Source: Mizuhopecten yessoensis (lineage: Eukaryota). From it: a DNA stretch of 64,000 bases. The stretch's first letter is position 1; every line of letters begins with the position of its first letter. Made by a program: the position numbers and the translations under genes. This document shows positions 1 to 14,675 of this stretch, one piece after another. The notes beneath the pieces were generated by a model that was not told the origin of the DNA, searched no databases, and saw only the letters and a program-made list of their open reading frames with translations. The DNA is taken from positions 255,453-319,452 of the forward strand of contig NW_018404676.1 of assembly GCF_002113885.1 (NCBI RefSeq), read 5' to 3'.

Positions 1-436
1 GGGGTCTCTTGTAGACAGCAAAACCTAGCTGGGTCTTACAGGCATCTTTCATTTAAAGAAAAAATATCGCAGATTTTGTGGATTAGGGCCAAATATTTTC
101 AGTTTCGAGAAATATTAAAGTCATCTATGTTAATAGGATTCTATGATGTTCAAAACATTGATTTATAGACACTCAACATTTCTAAACCAATTTCCTTTAT
201 CTAATGGAACAGACTTATCACTGACAGAGAAAAGTGGCAGTCAAGTTTTCTAGATTGCCAGATGGCTTTGCAACTCCTAACCAAAAGTTCGGACCATTCT
301 GTTTAATGAAAATAAAATGTTATTGCTTAATGAGTGTGTTTATCATGTAAATATGTAAATTTATTCACAAAACTCTGCCAGCCTGTTTATCACAAGATAA
401 AAGTTGAAAATGATGTGCATTTCTATTGATATAAAG

Positions 437-3400
437 GTAAAAGCATCTCTGCAATCATTAGAAGATGAGAAAGTCACATTACAAAACAAGGTCGACATAG
501 AGATAGAATGTCGACAGGAGATGGAAGGTAAGTTGGATATTGAAATGTTACATGTTATACTGTATACCGGGACATTTTTGCTACAGTATAACTTTTTGCC
601 TTTTTCGCCCTTCTCGATGAGGGGAATTCATCAAGACAGCGAATTTTAGTACACAACTAAACTTCACTAGAACAACAAGGATTTTATTGGCAAAGGGAAA
701 ATATTTGACAAGGCAAACATTTCCTGGTATACAGTAAGACTTTTCTATTCTAATAACTGATAAATATTTTTGAAGTTTGAAGCAACATTTATACATAATT
801 GAAATTGTGCTAATATTAATTTATCAATAAGTTTCCACTTGTAACTGATAAATATTTTATAAAATATGTGAATTTTTTAAAATATCCTTTGGAATCCCAC
901 AAAAATGTGAACAACACTATCTGAATCCAGTGGGCCCACTGTGTTTAATGGAAAACAGCAGTCTTGTTTTTGAAATGCACTTCTATTTTCTAGGATCTGT
1001 ATATAGATTTCACTTGCAGATTTTTCATTATTACATTTATGCCTGATTCCAAGTAAATATCACCATGGCAAGCTTGTAAGACATGTTAAGTGCATAAACA
1101 ACTAGAACACTTCAAATGAATTGAAAATGGCCGTTTTTATTAAAAACGACATGTTTATATAAAAACTTTATCTTTTAAAGTTTTTGTCCAATGTACTTAA
1201 AAGTCTTAGATGGGGTAAGAAAACGCCCCTTTAAGAAGTAATAATCATATTGAGAAGGAGGCAAGAAGGGGAGGTGGTGGGTAATAAAATTCACTTAGAT
1301 ATTTTTCAAAATTAGATCATGATGTAAAAAGAAGGTACACACCTTGTTCCTCCATCATCTTCAGCAGGCTAGTGACCTAGGGTCAGCTAGTGCACATACT
1401 TATATAGGGTGCTAAAAATAGCCACAAATTCATACGACTTTTGACCTTCTCACCTCCTACTAATGGTCAGCGTCCGCTCATATCAATCATAGATACAACA
1501 AATACAGTACTTTAACATTCATGATATTGAAACATAATAAAAAACAAAGTATTACTAGGACATTCATAAATTACATTAAACCAGGTTTAATTTGTATATG
1601 TACATGAAATGAATATATCCATGGCATATGGAATTCTGATTTTTTCATCAAATTCATTCTCAGTATATTATGAATGCATTGGATACTTATAATTTGAAGA
1701 GAATTGGAGAAATATCTTTTTTTGGAAATATATCTTTATAATGATAATAAAATATCACGTGTGTTATTACTCTTCCAGAACAAATTGCCAGCCTCCAAGC
1801 AAAACTGGAGAGTTTCCAAGCTGACAAAATGAAAGCTGATCGACAGAGTCATGATGCTCAGACCAAACTTAATGTTTTGACCCACTACTTCAAAGAGAAA
1901 GAGGTTCAATTACAACGGTAAGTATTATAAATGTGAAAGATACAATAGTAAAGTTAAGATCATGGAAATTCTGGGGAAAGTTCAGTTTTGGAAAAGTTAT
2001 AAATCCAGGGAAGCAAAAATCATGGCAAAGATTGGGAGAGAAAACACATGTTCTGGCGAGTATTTATAGTCCTGGTAATGTGTGGGCAAATCAAATCTTT
2101 GAAAAGTCAAATCCTGGTAGAATATTGCAAATAATTTCATGATTAGTTTGATGTTGAAAGATAATCTCATGACAGTCATGTCAGAAAAGGTATTAGTTTA
2201 GTTAGTGAGAGATAGTATTAGTTAAGTTAAAGAAAGCTAAGTCCTGGTAGTATTATGGACAGTAAGGTGTTGGTAAGGCTGTAAAGCCAATATAATTATT
2301 AAGTTGAAGAAAGAAAGTCTTTGGTTGGTAAAGGTAAAGAGAGCAAAATCCTGGTAAATTTAATAAGAGTTAAGTATACAATAAGATTAGGAAGAAAACA
2401 TCTGTTGCTAAACTGGAAATGTAAACTCTGTGAGAGCGATGATGCACATTTTTTAAATATCTGATAAATAGCTATTGATAAACTGAAACAAACTGTACAC
2501 TCATAATCAATTCATGAATGCTTTTATTACCTAATTGTGTTTTCTGTCATTATAGAGAGTTAGGTGAGCAGGAAGCATTGAAGAAGCAGAATAAGAATAG
2601 ACTGGAACATGCAGATGAGAGGAGTAAAATGGTGGAAGCAGAGTTAGAAACCTACAGGTACTGGTAGTGTAAAGTTTATTATCCCTCTGGTGGAGATTGG
2701 AGGTGATAATTATGCAATGTAACTGATGTGTGTTTGTCCATGCCGTCTCCATTTGCACACAATAACTTTAGTTCCCATATGTGCCTATCATATTGAAAAT
2801 TCATAAACAGCTTCCTTACTGAAAGTGTGTTTCTGGTATTAAGGTCATAGATCAAGGTCACTGTAAGTATAAATAGAAAATTGTTTTCTGCACAATACCT
2901 TGAGTTACTGTTAAAGATAATACTTGATATCATACACAGCTTACTAAAACATGTACTGAAAATGCAATTGCTTTTCAGGTCCTTTGGTCAAAGGTTAAAA
3001 TCAATGTTTCTATAACTTGAAAATTGGTGTCCCCATAAGAATTTGAGTCCTTGTGGGCAATTGAAGCTCAATTTTCTTACACTGCTACCTTTATATTGAA
3101 AGTGCTACTTGTGATTGGTTTTCAGGTTTGAAGTTCATAGATCAAGGACATTGTTACTATAAATAGAAAACAATATTTCTAAATAATGACTCTTAAATGG
3201 CCCACAACACTTCAACTTTGCACACTGCTTCCTTACTAAAGGTGCTGAAAGGCCGCTGTTCCTGTAATTAAAGCAAGCATTACATCTATTCTTACACTAT
3301 AAAAATACCTCACTATTAAGAATCAAGTGATAACAACGTCCTTGACTTCAGCACTGAGTGGCTGGATAAGTGTCACTGAGGATAGATATGTTGGAGTTAG

Positions 3401-6400
3401 ATACCTACAGGTACTACTGGTTCATTACTTATTTAGTAATGAGACAGTACAGGTAGTGTTAGATACCTACAGGTACTACTGGTTCATTACTTATTTAGTA
3501 ATGAGACAGTACAGGTAGTGTTAGATACCTACAGGTACTACTGGTTCAATACTTATTTAGTAATGAGACAGTACAGGTAGTGTTAGATACCTACAGGTAC
3601 TACTGGTTCAATACTTATTTAGTAATGAGACAGTACAGGTAGTGTTAGATACCTACAGGTACTACTGGTTCAATACTTATTTAGTAATGAGACAGTACAG
3701 GCAGAGTTAGATACCTACAGGTTCTACTGGTTCAATACTTTATTTAGTAATGAGACAGTACAGGTAGTGTTAGATACCTACAGGTCCTACTGGTTCAATA
3801 CTTATTTAGTATTGAGACAATACAGGTAGGGTTAGATGCCTACAGGTACTACTGGTTCAACACTTATTTAGTATTGAGACACTACAGGTAGGGTTAGAAC
3901 CCTACAGGTACTACTGGTTCAATACTTATTCAGTAATGACACAATACAGGTAGGGTTAGATACCTACAGGTACTACTGGTTCAATACTTATTCAGTAATG
4001 ACACAATACAGGTAGGGTTAGATACCTACAGGTACTACTGGTTCAATACTTATTTAGTAATGAGACAATACAGGTAGTGTTAGATGCCTACAGATACTAC
4101 TGGTTCAACACTTATTTAGTATTGAGACAATACAGGTAGGGTTAGATACCTACAGGTACTTCTGGTTCAATACTTATTTAGTAATGAGACAATACAGGTA
4201 GAGTTAGATACCTACAGGTACTACCAGTTCAATACTTATTTAGTATTAAGACAAAACAGGTAGGGTTAGATACCTACAGGTACTACTAGTTCAATACTTA
4301 TTTAGTATTAAGACAAAACAGGTAGGGTTAGATACCTACAGGTACTACTGGTTCAATACTTAATATGTAGTATAAAGAGACAATTTAGGCAAATTAGGTT
4401 TCTGCAGGTTTATTTTAACATGGTCTTGTTTTAAACTGGTTCAAAACAAATTTAACACTATTTACATATTTTGGTTTTACTGTATTTTAGGAATAATCCT
4501 GGAGGGGGCCATGGGGTCGGGCCATTGACCCCTCAAAACTGAAATTAAGCCATCTGTGTATCAGTTTTCTTTGAATTTTACATAGAATGGTCCCTCTTAA
4601 TTTGATGTTGACAAAAAATGCTGAAAATGGCCGAATGCTCTCAAATTCTAGGATTTCCGCTGTATCTTATATTTCCATAGGATGTAACTTTGACTTGAAC
4701 CCTATTCTGATTTTTTTCACTTCAGGTCACAAGCTGAAGATTTAAAGAAGGAAATACTTTCAGCAGAGAGAGATTTTAGGTCTCAGGTAAGTCAATACAT
4801 TGTCAAGTTGTTAACAGCCTTGTTTGCTAATAATTGTTTGTTTGTTAAGAATTGTTAAGGAAAGTAATAAAAACAAAGTTTGTTCCTTCGCCACATCTCG
4901 TTAGAAATTTTAATATAATCCTAATGTAGGGTTTCTGAACTGTTACTTATTTATATTTTAAGCAATTAAATTATTAGAAGATGAGAACAAAATTGTGTTG
5001 AACTTTAATATCCTTGATATTTTCAGATTGCAGCTAATGAAAAGAAAGCTCATGAAAATTGGGTAAGCATATAATGATCCAATTATTTCACTTAGACGAG
5101 AGTCAGTGATTAAGAGCATAATTTCACCTTTGCTAAAAAGAAATCTTCAATCTCTATTCCAACTGTTAGTACCCTTATTGAGACCATGCTGATGTTAAGC
5201 TTTGTGGTGTGAATGCCTTATTGATATGGTATCTATGGTGAAAAGGTTTTTAGCTCACCTGGCACGAAGTGCAAAGTGAGCTTATGCCGTGNCTCACTTT
5301 GATGCACCACATTCACAATAATGAATATAATTTGTCCATTGTTGTGATATCATTTCATAGGGAAGTGTATGATTCCAGTGTAATGTTTCACTGCTTTCTC
5401 TACACAGCTGGCGTCTCGGACAGCGGAGAGAGAACTGAAGGAGGCACGGCATGAGTCTACAGTGTTACGGCAGAAGTGAGTAATGCGATACCAAAACTCA
5501 TTTTAATGGAATTTGGTTCTGTCTGATATTTAATGACAACCAGTATTTCTGATAACTTATAATTACTACTCTTTGCTATGAGAGAAAATAAGGTGATTAT
5601 TTATATAAATTTTATCTTGCGGTTTTCATTGAATTTCTGATTTAACTTAAAAAAAACCACCTACATTTTATAATATCATATTACATCATATAGCGAAATG
5701 TTAGCACAAAATAACTCATGATGAAGTAGGTAAAGTGATTTGGAGTTAGACATGGTCTAATTTTAGACTGTCTCTCTATTTTTGACAGATTGACAGATCT
5801 TGAGAGGCGACTACACCATGGGCCAAGTGGGCTCCTACGGCCCCTCCCCACGCGGGGCATGCCACCACCAGGTAGATAATCTCAGTGGGGTGTGTTATTG
5901 GACATTCAATTATGCAGGGTTGTCTCTACATCCTTTTTAGATACACTTGAAGCATTTATTGGTTTGAGAAAAAAACATTTTGTGATGTTATTGTGTGATT
6001 TAAATGGATATGAGGAACATTGTGACCATTTAAAATTAACACATATCCATCATTTACCAAATATCCCTTAGGATCATGTCATCATTTAAGTACTAAGTGT
6101 TGGTAGCATTTTAAGAGTTGCTCTTCCTTGTCCACAGGCATGAATGGGCCACCTCCTCTACCCCCAGGAGTAGACAGACCAGGACCCCCGGGCATCAGGT
6201 AGGCTGTACTCACCTCCATCTCTATTTCTTGTCTAATAAAATCTGGCTATGTGTGAAGAAGACCAAACATTGTATGAATGAACATGCTCAATGTCAGACT
6301 AAACAGTTATTTGCACACAACTTTTGTGATATGATAAAAACTGGAAATACAAACTACTCTATGTGCTTTATAGATTGGTGCAATAATTTAACTCCTTTCT

Positions 6401-9400
6401 TTCCCATTCTGATATTGAATGTAGAGCTTTGTAATTTCTATCATTGTACAAATTACACCATCAAAATATACTGACAGGCTACGACATATTTTCTAAGGAA
6501 ACCAATTATGCTTTTTGTCTAATAAACATGTTGTTTTCTATAAGGGACGGAGATTTCCTAGGCTCTCCAGGCCCTGAGCGGATGCCTCCACCTTCTATGC
6601 ATGAACGGCGAATGCCCCCTCCCGGGATGATGGGCCCCAGGATGCCACCCCCTCCATTGGATGGCCGTTCTCCGCCCCCTTACGACCGAAGAGGCCCTCC
6701 TCCTCCAGACAGAAGGTCTCCACCTCCATATGAACGTGGGCTGAGGATGCCTCCTCCTCCTCATATGGATCGTAGATCCCCGGGCTATAGAATGCCTCCG
6801 CCAGACATGCTTCCTCGTATGAGGGGACCTCCTCCTCCACATCTACGTGGGGGGCCTACTTCTCCTCTCCCTCATGGTATGGGGCTCCCTCCTGATGGTA
6901 GACCTGGTAATCTATTTGCTTCCTCCTAGTCACACACTCAAGCAACCATTTCTTCAAAATACCAAACTATATTTGGTTTCTAAAAGTTAGTTTTTGCCAT
7001 AAAATCTTGTTTTGGTATTCAGGGATCGACACTAACGGTAGACCGGAGGACCGGGTCCACCAAAATCTTGGACGGTCCACTTAATCTCCAAAGCTGGTAG
7101 ACCGCCGGTCCACCACATATTACTTGATAAGTGTATATATATTTGAGAATGTTGTTCAGAAATATATTAATAAAGACTTTATTTACTTCGCCAGCGAGCC
7201 GTAAAATCCCATCTGGTTAAAAAATGTATCGTATTTTCGTGTTGTTAAACCGCTAAAAGTTGTCGTTATCATTCTTGGACGAGTGAAGTGCGTGAATCCG
7301 CTTGCGGTAAGTCGGAATCCTTTCAGCGTTTGAGTCGCTNTGCATCTAGCTTTTAAAAAATTTCGGGGGAGGACCCCCGTACCCCCCTCTTATTCAGGAG
7401 GGGGCTACCCCCTCCCGAACCCACCCCCCACTCCTCGCTACGCTCGTCGACCGGGGCGCATGGCGCCCCAGATCTGAGAATATTATTCAGGTCCACCAGA
7501 AATTAACCAGGTCCACCAGATCAAGAGAGCAGGTGGACCTGCGGTCCACCACCTATTAAAAGTTAGTGTCAACCCCTGGGTATATCTTGTTTTGTTTTGG
7601 TATATCTTGTTTTGGTATATAATTCAGTTCTAAAATAATTAAGATATGTACGGAAAGATTTTGTGGTAACAGATTATTAAACATTAAGCAGTAGCTACTT
7701 CTTAAGTGGGTCCTTTGTTTTTGACAAATTCAATTCTAGTAAAAACTGCAGCTTTATAGAAATGTTTTTTTTTTTTTTATATATGGTACTCGCATTAGTA
7801 AAAAATATTGATCAGTGGCAAAAACAAACTTAGTGAATCCTAAATCCTAGCTTCAGTTTTTTTGCAAGAAATCAGGGGTATCATGTTCAGTCTAAACAGA
7901 TTTAATCAAAGAGGATGCTCTTAATAAGCAGGTACTTCTTACACTAACCCTGCTTAAAAGGGAACAAAGTGTAGAAGGAATATATAATATTCATGTTGTG
8001 CCTGTGTATGCTTTGTTTTCTTTGAGTGTTTCTCCAATATTGTTCACTTTAGGATCACCAAACTTGTTAATAGCTATATAAAGGGAAGATGGAGAGTCAC
8101 ATATATAGGCTAGGTCAATGTAACCTATAATTTGACCTCTGAACTCAATCAAAGAGAGAATATTTCTAGTGCATTTCTCTCATACTATTTCATGTGGGAT
8201 TATCAATCCCACACCCTATCATTGTTATTTGCAGATCATGTACGAGATGGGTATTACAAATAATTATATTTACATTTGTATATACCTTTGTCAAGAACTT
8301 TGGTATTTTATAAATGACTTGGTAGTATACTTTTCTTGTGATAAAAAGGCTATAGGTCAATAAATTAAATAACACCATAGACCATATACCTTCTTTTGGT
8401 CAAAGTTGAAAATTACTTATTATTTAATTGGTAAAAGAAAATGGGTAAAATATTACCCAGTGTTTTTAATCAAGGTAATTAAAACAACTGTATTTTCCTA
8501 CAATGTGATAATTCTAATGACTGAATCTTGTGTTAGAATTCAGTTTAATACTCGTGTAAAAGGTACAGTATTTACACTTTTATTTTGGGTGTTTTATTTC
8601 AAAATGCTAGTGTTACAAACATAAGATTGACCGTTAAATGCTGAGTAAAAGACAAAAAGTGACTTACTAAACGCAATATTGATCATTATGAGCTGAGGAA
8701 AAGACAACATGATTTACTAAAATGTTAGATTGATTATTAGGGGCTGAGGAAAAGACAAAATGTGACTTACCACATGTCAGACTGACTATTAGGGGTAGAG
8801 GAAAGGACAAAATGTGACTTACTAAATGAAATATTGACCATTAGGGCTGATGGAGGACAAAGTGGAACTTACCAATTGTTTGATAGACAATTAATTAGAG
8901 CTGAGGGAAGCCCTAGTAGAACATATCAACTATAAGACTGACTATTAGGGGCTTAGCATAACTTATCAACTGTATGACTGTCCATTCGGAATAAAGAAAG
9001 ACTCTGAGATTACTATAAATCACTTGATACATTTTACTTTTCATGCCTTTTCAGTTCTTCGGTGTTTGTACTACAGGAGGCCTATATGGCAAGGGTATTG
9101 CTTCATTATCAGCCTGTAGAATTAAGTTCAGATGAGTCACAGTATGGTCACAAAGAGGAGGTTTATATTCGATATAAGATCTGAAAACTATTATGGAACA
9201 AATATATGTCACCCTGGTAAAACAATAGCCAATTTCTATCGATTCAGCTAGGGAGAATTTCTCTTAAGCTTATCCGTTAGAGCATGAGACTTATAAACCA
9301 GAAGTCCCGGGTTCGATTCCTGGTAGAGGCATTGACAAAATAATGATGTCTGTTACATACAAAAATTTGTATACCTGGTATGTAAACATTTTTCAGTGAA

Positions 9401-10327
9401 AATTTGAGGTCAATATGTCCGAAGTTTCAGTTTATAGATATTTCTTGACAATTTCTCACTCAAAATTTTAGTACAGGTATATTTATTGTTGAAATTACTA
9501 CTATTAATTAAAAAAGTTCTATTAGTTATCATAATGGTAATTCTTTTTAATCATTGGTAATGGTGGTTAAGAGATGTATGTGTAGACTGTTGAGTGTAAA
9601 TGCCCTTACAGACCTCTGTAATCTGCTGTACAATACTGGTGACAGTTGCATGTGGTTTGATTCCTCCTCCGCTGCAGGGCATTCTACTCCTTCACTTTGG
9701 ACTCTGCTATTTCTGCAAAGACGACTTTGCCTGGAGACACTTACTTGTCTGACATTGAAAATATTGTATTTACAGGTCTACTGGTATAATTTTTTCACCA
9801 ATTTTCTACATGTTCTTACCGGTACTTAAATAATCTTCTCGAATGTGGTTTTCAAGATGTGGAATAACTGTTCTCTTTCAGATCTACTGTTTTTGGTGGA
9901 CATTGTATGTCCGTAGAGATTATAATATTTCTATAGAAAATTGGAAGAGTTAGAGAATAAGTTTGAATTAAACGCCCTCATTTATAAAAGTATAAATGAG
10001 ACTGTTAAAAAGGGAGATCAGTAGAAATCCAATGCTACAGGAAGTATGTTTACAATATTTTCACAGATTTTCTAATTTTACTGTTCAATTGAAAAAGTTT
10101 GACCTAGTTTTAATAAATATGTTCTAGTTCCAAGATTATAGAAAATTAAGTTTAGATAGGTTAGACTGAACAAAAAAATTACATGTCAAATTATGATTTA
10201 GTATAACAGTTTGAAACTTTTTGACAAATATTTGTTTTGTTGTCCAGGCCCCGGAATCCCCCCTTACCACCCCCCTCCTCCAGGCCAAGATCCCGACCAC
10301 AAGCCAAGACAACAAAGTCAGGTGTGA
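437..10327 (+). CDS. MIA3: TANGO1/MIA3-cTAGE5(MIA2) family ER exit-site protein, 3' portion (second coiled coil + proline-rich domain); 5' exons lie upstream of the window
   Basis: GT-AG exons in consistent phase: 437-527, 1779-1917, 2556-2657, 4726-4786, 5027-5062, 5408-5475, 5789-5871, 6138-6198, 6545-6906, 10248-10327 (TGA). The spliced peptide contains IAANEKKAHENWLASRTAERELKEARHESTVLRQKLTD, the TANGO1/cTAGE5 coiled-coil signature (xEKKAHxNWLxAR), followed by a PPP-rich tail. An invertebrate copy is co-orthologous to MIA2/MIA3. Confidence 0.93.
2715..3345. mobile_element. Decayed interspersed repeat (HINE/Helentron-like family) inserted between a TANGO1 exon and its donor array
   Basis: Internal subrepeats such as 'aggtcatagatcaaggtcactgtaagtataaatagaaaa' and 'gcttccttactgaaagtg' match the element at 59598-59927; boundaries approximate. 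Confidence 0.6.
3394..4362 (+). repeat. 62-bp tandem array (~16 copies) whose unit contains a copy of the upstream exon end/splice donor
   Basis: Unit gttagatacctacaggtactactggttcaatacttatttagtaatgagacagtacaggtagt; starts at 3396, 3458 ... 4327. GAGTTAGATACCTACAG|GTACT matches the junction GAGTTAGAAACCTACAG|GTACT at 2641-2662. Confidence 0.95.
4489..4660. mobile_element. Short MITE-like interspersed repeat (second, inverted copy at 48682-48848)
   Basis: 'ataatcctggagggggc...ttgacccctcaaaa...aaaatggcc...ctctcaaattctaggattt' is the reverse complement of sequence at 48682-48848. Confidence 0.65.
7020..7578. mobile_element. Non-autonomous DNA transposon (MITE) with CAGGG termini, hAT-like
   Basis: TIRs cagggatcgacactaac (7020-7036) and gttagtgtcaacccctg (7562-7578), subterminal ggtccacca repeats, flanks ggtatt/ggtata. 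Confidence 0.8.
8625..8990. repeat. Decayed ~50-bp tandem repeat
   Basis: Recurring 'ttgactattagggctgaggaaaagacaaaatgtgacttact' motif, about 7 degenerate units. Confidence 0.7.
9240..9332 (+). mobile_element. tRNA-derived SINE head / tRNA pseudogene fragment
   Basis: ttagagcatgagacttataaaccagaagtcccgggttcgattcctggtagaggca has a B-box (GGTTCGATTCC); the 5' arm is disrupted and no full cloverleaf is visible. Confidence 0.55.
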
Positions 10328-13300
10328 GACTTCATTAATATACCAGTGGACAGGGCTGTTCACTGCCTCAGAGGAGCATCTAGTTCCAGCATCATTTCTG
10401 TCAAATATAGGACTGAATAACTATATTAACAGTGGCTACATCAGAACGAGTTTAATATCTATAATTGGATGTGTAATGTTATAATTACATTAACGTTATT
10501 TAAACCACTGATAGATGAAATGTGATTTTTGCATAATAAGCATCTGTCCATTTCCGTGTTGTGATATAGTTTTATTTATCAGTAGAATGAGGTGTAGAAG
10601 ACTGCGACCGTGTGAGACACACTGGGATTCTTACACTGGGCTGTTGCAATATTACCAAACTGTCTCGATCTCAGTTATACATAAATCCTGTTTGTACGGC
10701 GGTGTGACCAACCCGTTAAAGTGTATTCAGACTGCTGTTGAAACTATACAGGTCCCTCTACACTAGTAGGTGATGGAATGAATTAGCCATTTCCCATGTT
10801 TGTAACACATAGAGAGGTCTTGAATTGCACTCGCGTCATCATTTGTCAGGATTGTGTATGGCAACTTTAGGGGGATTAACCCTACTCTGAATCATGTGTA
10901 GATTCAGCCTACTACCAGGTACAATGTGACCTAACCCACAGCCAATCATGGTTTATAAACAGACCCAGCCTACTTAAAAGTTGGCTTATCCCACACTGAA
11001 TCATGATTGTGGACAGATCAGTAGTTTTCTTAAGTAATTTGATTCTGTTCTTAAGTGTTATGTTTTCACATAAGTTTGAACTGAAGTTATGTTTTTAACT
11101 AGTATCTGATTTTGAAATGGCTAGTCGGAATAGATTGCAATTTTCAAAAATCAGAATTGGACAAAGTGAAGATGGAAAATGGCAAAAATAGAATAAAATG
11201 GTATGCTAAATGATAGGACGCTAATGTTGTACACGTCACATTATGTAGACATTCAGCATTAAATATACAGTAGTTGGTGATTATTGCTTGTTGGCTATAG
11301 TGCTAGAAATTCATTGTTGAAAAACTTTTTTTTTTTAATATTTGATATATAATATTGTTGTCACATCTTTGTTACTTGTCAATACAGAGGTTTTTACCTT
11401 TTGTCATTCCTACAAATATTAACTAACATTACTGTGTCTGTGAGAACAGCATTATTACAGGGTCAAGTACAATCTTGTAGGAGTTAGTGATCACATTCCT
11501 TTGTATAGAAATGGAGATGACATTGTGTGGGAGCTTATGACTTATTTAGAGCTGATTATTCTCAGTTGTGAAGGTTATTCTCAGTTGTGAAGGTTCTAAA
11601 TTAAACTACCTGTTAAATGTAAAATAATTGCCATTTCAACTGTTTCTTTAAAGCTGAAAATAATTGTATTTTTTTGCGTAACATTACATATGTTAAAGGT
11701 ATTTGCGACTCAATATCAGTACATGTATTGTAAAATGTTCCATCTATATTCAAGCTGGTACCTCTACATATAGGTATTTTATTGGGTCTACTGTAAAGTC
11801 TAGTCATTTGGTTACTATACTTAATTAAGTGCTATTTTGATATCAATAGTTTGAATATTGACAAAGTTAACCTCTCTATAAAGACCACCAAAGACAGTGC
11901 AAATAGTCTTAATATACAGGTGTCATAGACAGGTTATTATAAAAATAATGATACATATTTTTTTTAAGATGGTAGTTCTATACAGGTGATTCTGCATAAT
12001 TCACTGAAATACTGATAGAATATCTGTCCACACAACTTTTGAAAAGGCTATTTGGTATACACATTGTATACGTATTTTGTATGAAAATTATATATATTTT
12101 GTATATACCTGTAAAAAAAAAGATGAAGTACCCTTCCTATTTGTCCCAAGGAATTCATGTTAAAAAAGCTCAAATATTTTATCCATTAAATTCGAATTTC
12201 TTTCAGTAAATAAATATACTTTTAAACAATATTTTACACCTTGGTATTATAAACAAATATACAGAAATGCGTAGAGTAATCTGTAAAATAAGTGTTCAGA
12301 GCTGGACTCTTTATGTTACATCTAGTATTCACACTGTATATACTGTACTATAGTATTGAATTACTGTCTGTGCCATCACATCACGCTACTGGATACATTT
12401 TAATTGTTAAGTGCTTTTATGTAAAATAAATATGCTTATGTATCTCTCAAAATATCTCTGTATACAGGTTGGAATTTGTCAAGTTAAATTTGCATTTATG
12501 TTGAAAAATACAAATTAATGTAGTAAGTGTACTCATTAAAATTTTGAAATTGTTTAGGAATCCAGTATTACAAATATGTTAAATTCTTACAATTCTTCAT
12601 ATCAGAAAAAGCACTGCTTTGAAAATGACATCTTTCATATGCTTCCAGTCTATAATTGCCAAAACTTGTGAAACCTAGTGTACATTATGATGTATGCATG
12701 TACATGTATTTGACATGGGTAATATTCATTATGCACCAACTATATAGCTACCATCAAGTCATATTATGCAATTTTGAACAATACGAGGTCAAATCCAATT
12801 TTGATGAACCAGTTCTTTATGTTGGGGAAAGTATCAGTATACTTGTACTGCAACAGTTTTGTGTTCATAGACCTTTTTACAGATTGTTGTTTTGAGTAAA
12901 AACAATTCTTGTGAAACCAATATTACCAAGATGTTCATTATCTACAACATGGTATTGCCATGCTCATGTCAACCTTAAGTGTAATTCAGGTCGGTTAGTT
13001 CTAATACACTTGCCTTTGGTGTCATTCTGCCCATGTGTCAACATTTAGCTTGTCTGCAGCTTCTTGACTGAAGCTTTAACCAGTTTGAAGCTCTTGACAT
13101 CAATCTGTATAGCCCATTTGAAGGTCAAGGTCACATTAAAGGTCATGGTCACAGGTATATAATCTTAACATGATGATGAACAAGTTGTACATTTGAAATG
13201 TCCACAGGTTTCTGACTAAACGTTTTGACAAAATTTCATGAAACAATTATTCCTGACATCAATCTGGTGACCAAGCGAAGGTCAAGGACATGGCTACAAA

Positions 13301-14066
13301 ATTAACATCATGAAATTTTCAACAAAGTTTCACAGACTCGTTCCATATTTTCGGAATTGGATACAAGCCCTATGTACAAGGATGTCTTGATTTTTTCAGT
13401 GTAGCCTCTAAAAGTCTGTATCTGCTACAGTTACGAAGAGAAACTTAGAGTGTTAGTATTTTTCCATTAAGTATAGAATAGTTCAGTTGTTCAATTATTA
13501 TTCATTATTAATCAGATCTATTTGCAGATTTTTTAAAACCCATATCAAACCGAACACTTGACGACACAATGGTAAAATACACTGTTAAGGACTTTCTTAG
13601 TCTTTGTTGATATTAAGGCAAATCATGATGATGAAAAACAAAGTTGTAGTTTAAAATACCAAACCAATAGAAATATTGTTGTATATAAGTATGAGGACTA
13701 CAAATTGAGTAGAAAGTGTATATTTTGTAATGAAGATGCATGTTTAATTTAAAGGTGAAGAGTACTTGGTTTTGTCCGAGCTAGAGGTGTACATAGACTG
13801 AATGACTGAGGTGAAGGAATGAGAGAGACGTATGTTATATCAGAGTTCACATGTTGATGATTGAAGTAGCAATGACTATTTATTTCTGTTTGTGAGGGTA
13901 AACAGGTGATTTTGTGTTGATATTCTTATGTCAAAAGAAAACAAGGTTGAATGAATAAGAATGATATTATGATACATTTAGTATTATTATTCTCAAAAAA
14001 CAATTGAAAGAAATATAAAATAATTACAAAATGTTCTCAAAGTTATTTAGAATTCATAAAAATATG

Positions 14067-14085
14067 AATAAAATGTGAAAATAAA
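14067..14085 (+). terminator. Candidate distal polyadenylation signals of TANGO1 (implies ~3.7 kb 3'UTR)
   Basis: Two AATAAA at 14067-14072 and 14080-14085, followed by T-rich sequence, ending a long AU-rich stretch after the stop codon. Confidence 0.4.
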
Positions 14086-14675
14086 ACTGATCTTATTATT
14101 GTCATTACCATAAAGTTTATGACACTCTTAAACTCTTAAGAAATTGGCAAACAGAAACTTAAAATAACGATTGAGAAAATTGTATTAGAAGAAATTAAAC
14201 CATATCGCAGAGCATTATATGCCCATGATTTATTGGTGAAATGAATGAAACTTCGACAAAATTTAGATGTTAAGTTCACATATACTGGTAAAATATATTT
14301 AAGATGAAGGGATGCACATGTCATAAGGATGCCAAATTCAATTTAGGAGGGTGTGGTAAATTATTTCAATGATACTTGAACCAAAAAATTCAAAAATGGC
14401 ATTTTCAAATTGTATGTACAGAATGAAGGCAAAGGGTCCTTAGATTTTGCCTTCAACCAGATTTGCTGTGACGCATCCTTTGGACCAGAGAGACCAAGAG
14501 TGAAACAGGCCCTCTGGGCATTTTGTTAATGAAGTGCAGACAATAATGTCTGGCACAATATATATCAACCATAGTAAAGCTCTATTCGAACAGGTGATGC
14601 ATCATCTTCTGTAGAATAAGCGTAGGAGTCGATCGCAACAAGCTCAGGATAAGTTGAATCTTCTTTATTAGGTAT

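Noticed and set aside
1930-2430. Purine-rich tract with recurring aaatcctggta after a TANGO1 donor, as another fossil donor array
   Set aside because: Periodicity is too degraded and no clear match to the exon end could be shown by eye.
8053-8113. Possible extra TANGO1 exon after ctttag
   Set aside because: In-frame TAA after 9 codons and no proline-rich character; 6906 splices cleanly to 10248.
9240-9332. Functional tRNA gene
   Set aside because: Only the 3' half with a B box is recognisable; acceptor and D arms do not pair, so it is treated as a SINE or pseudogene.
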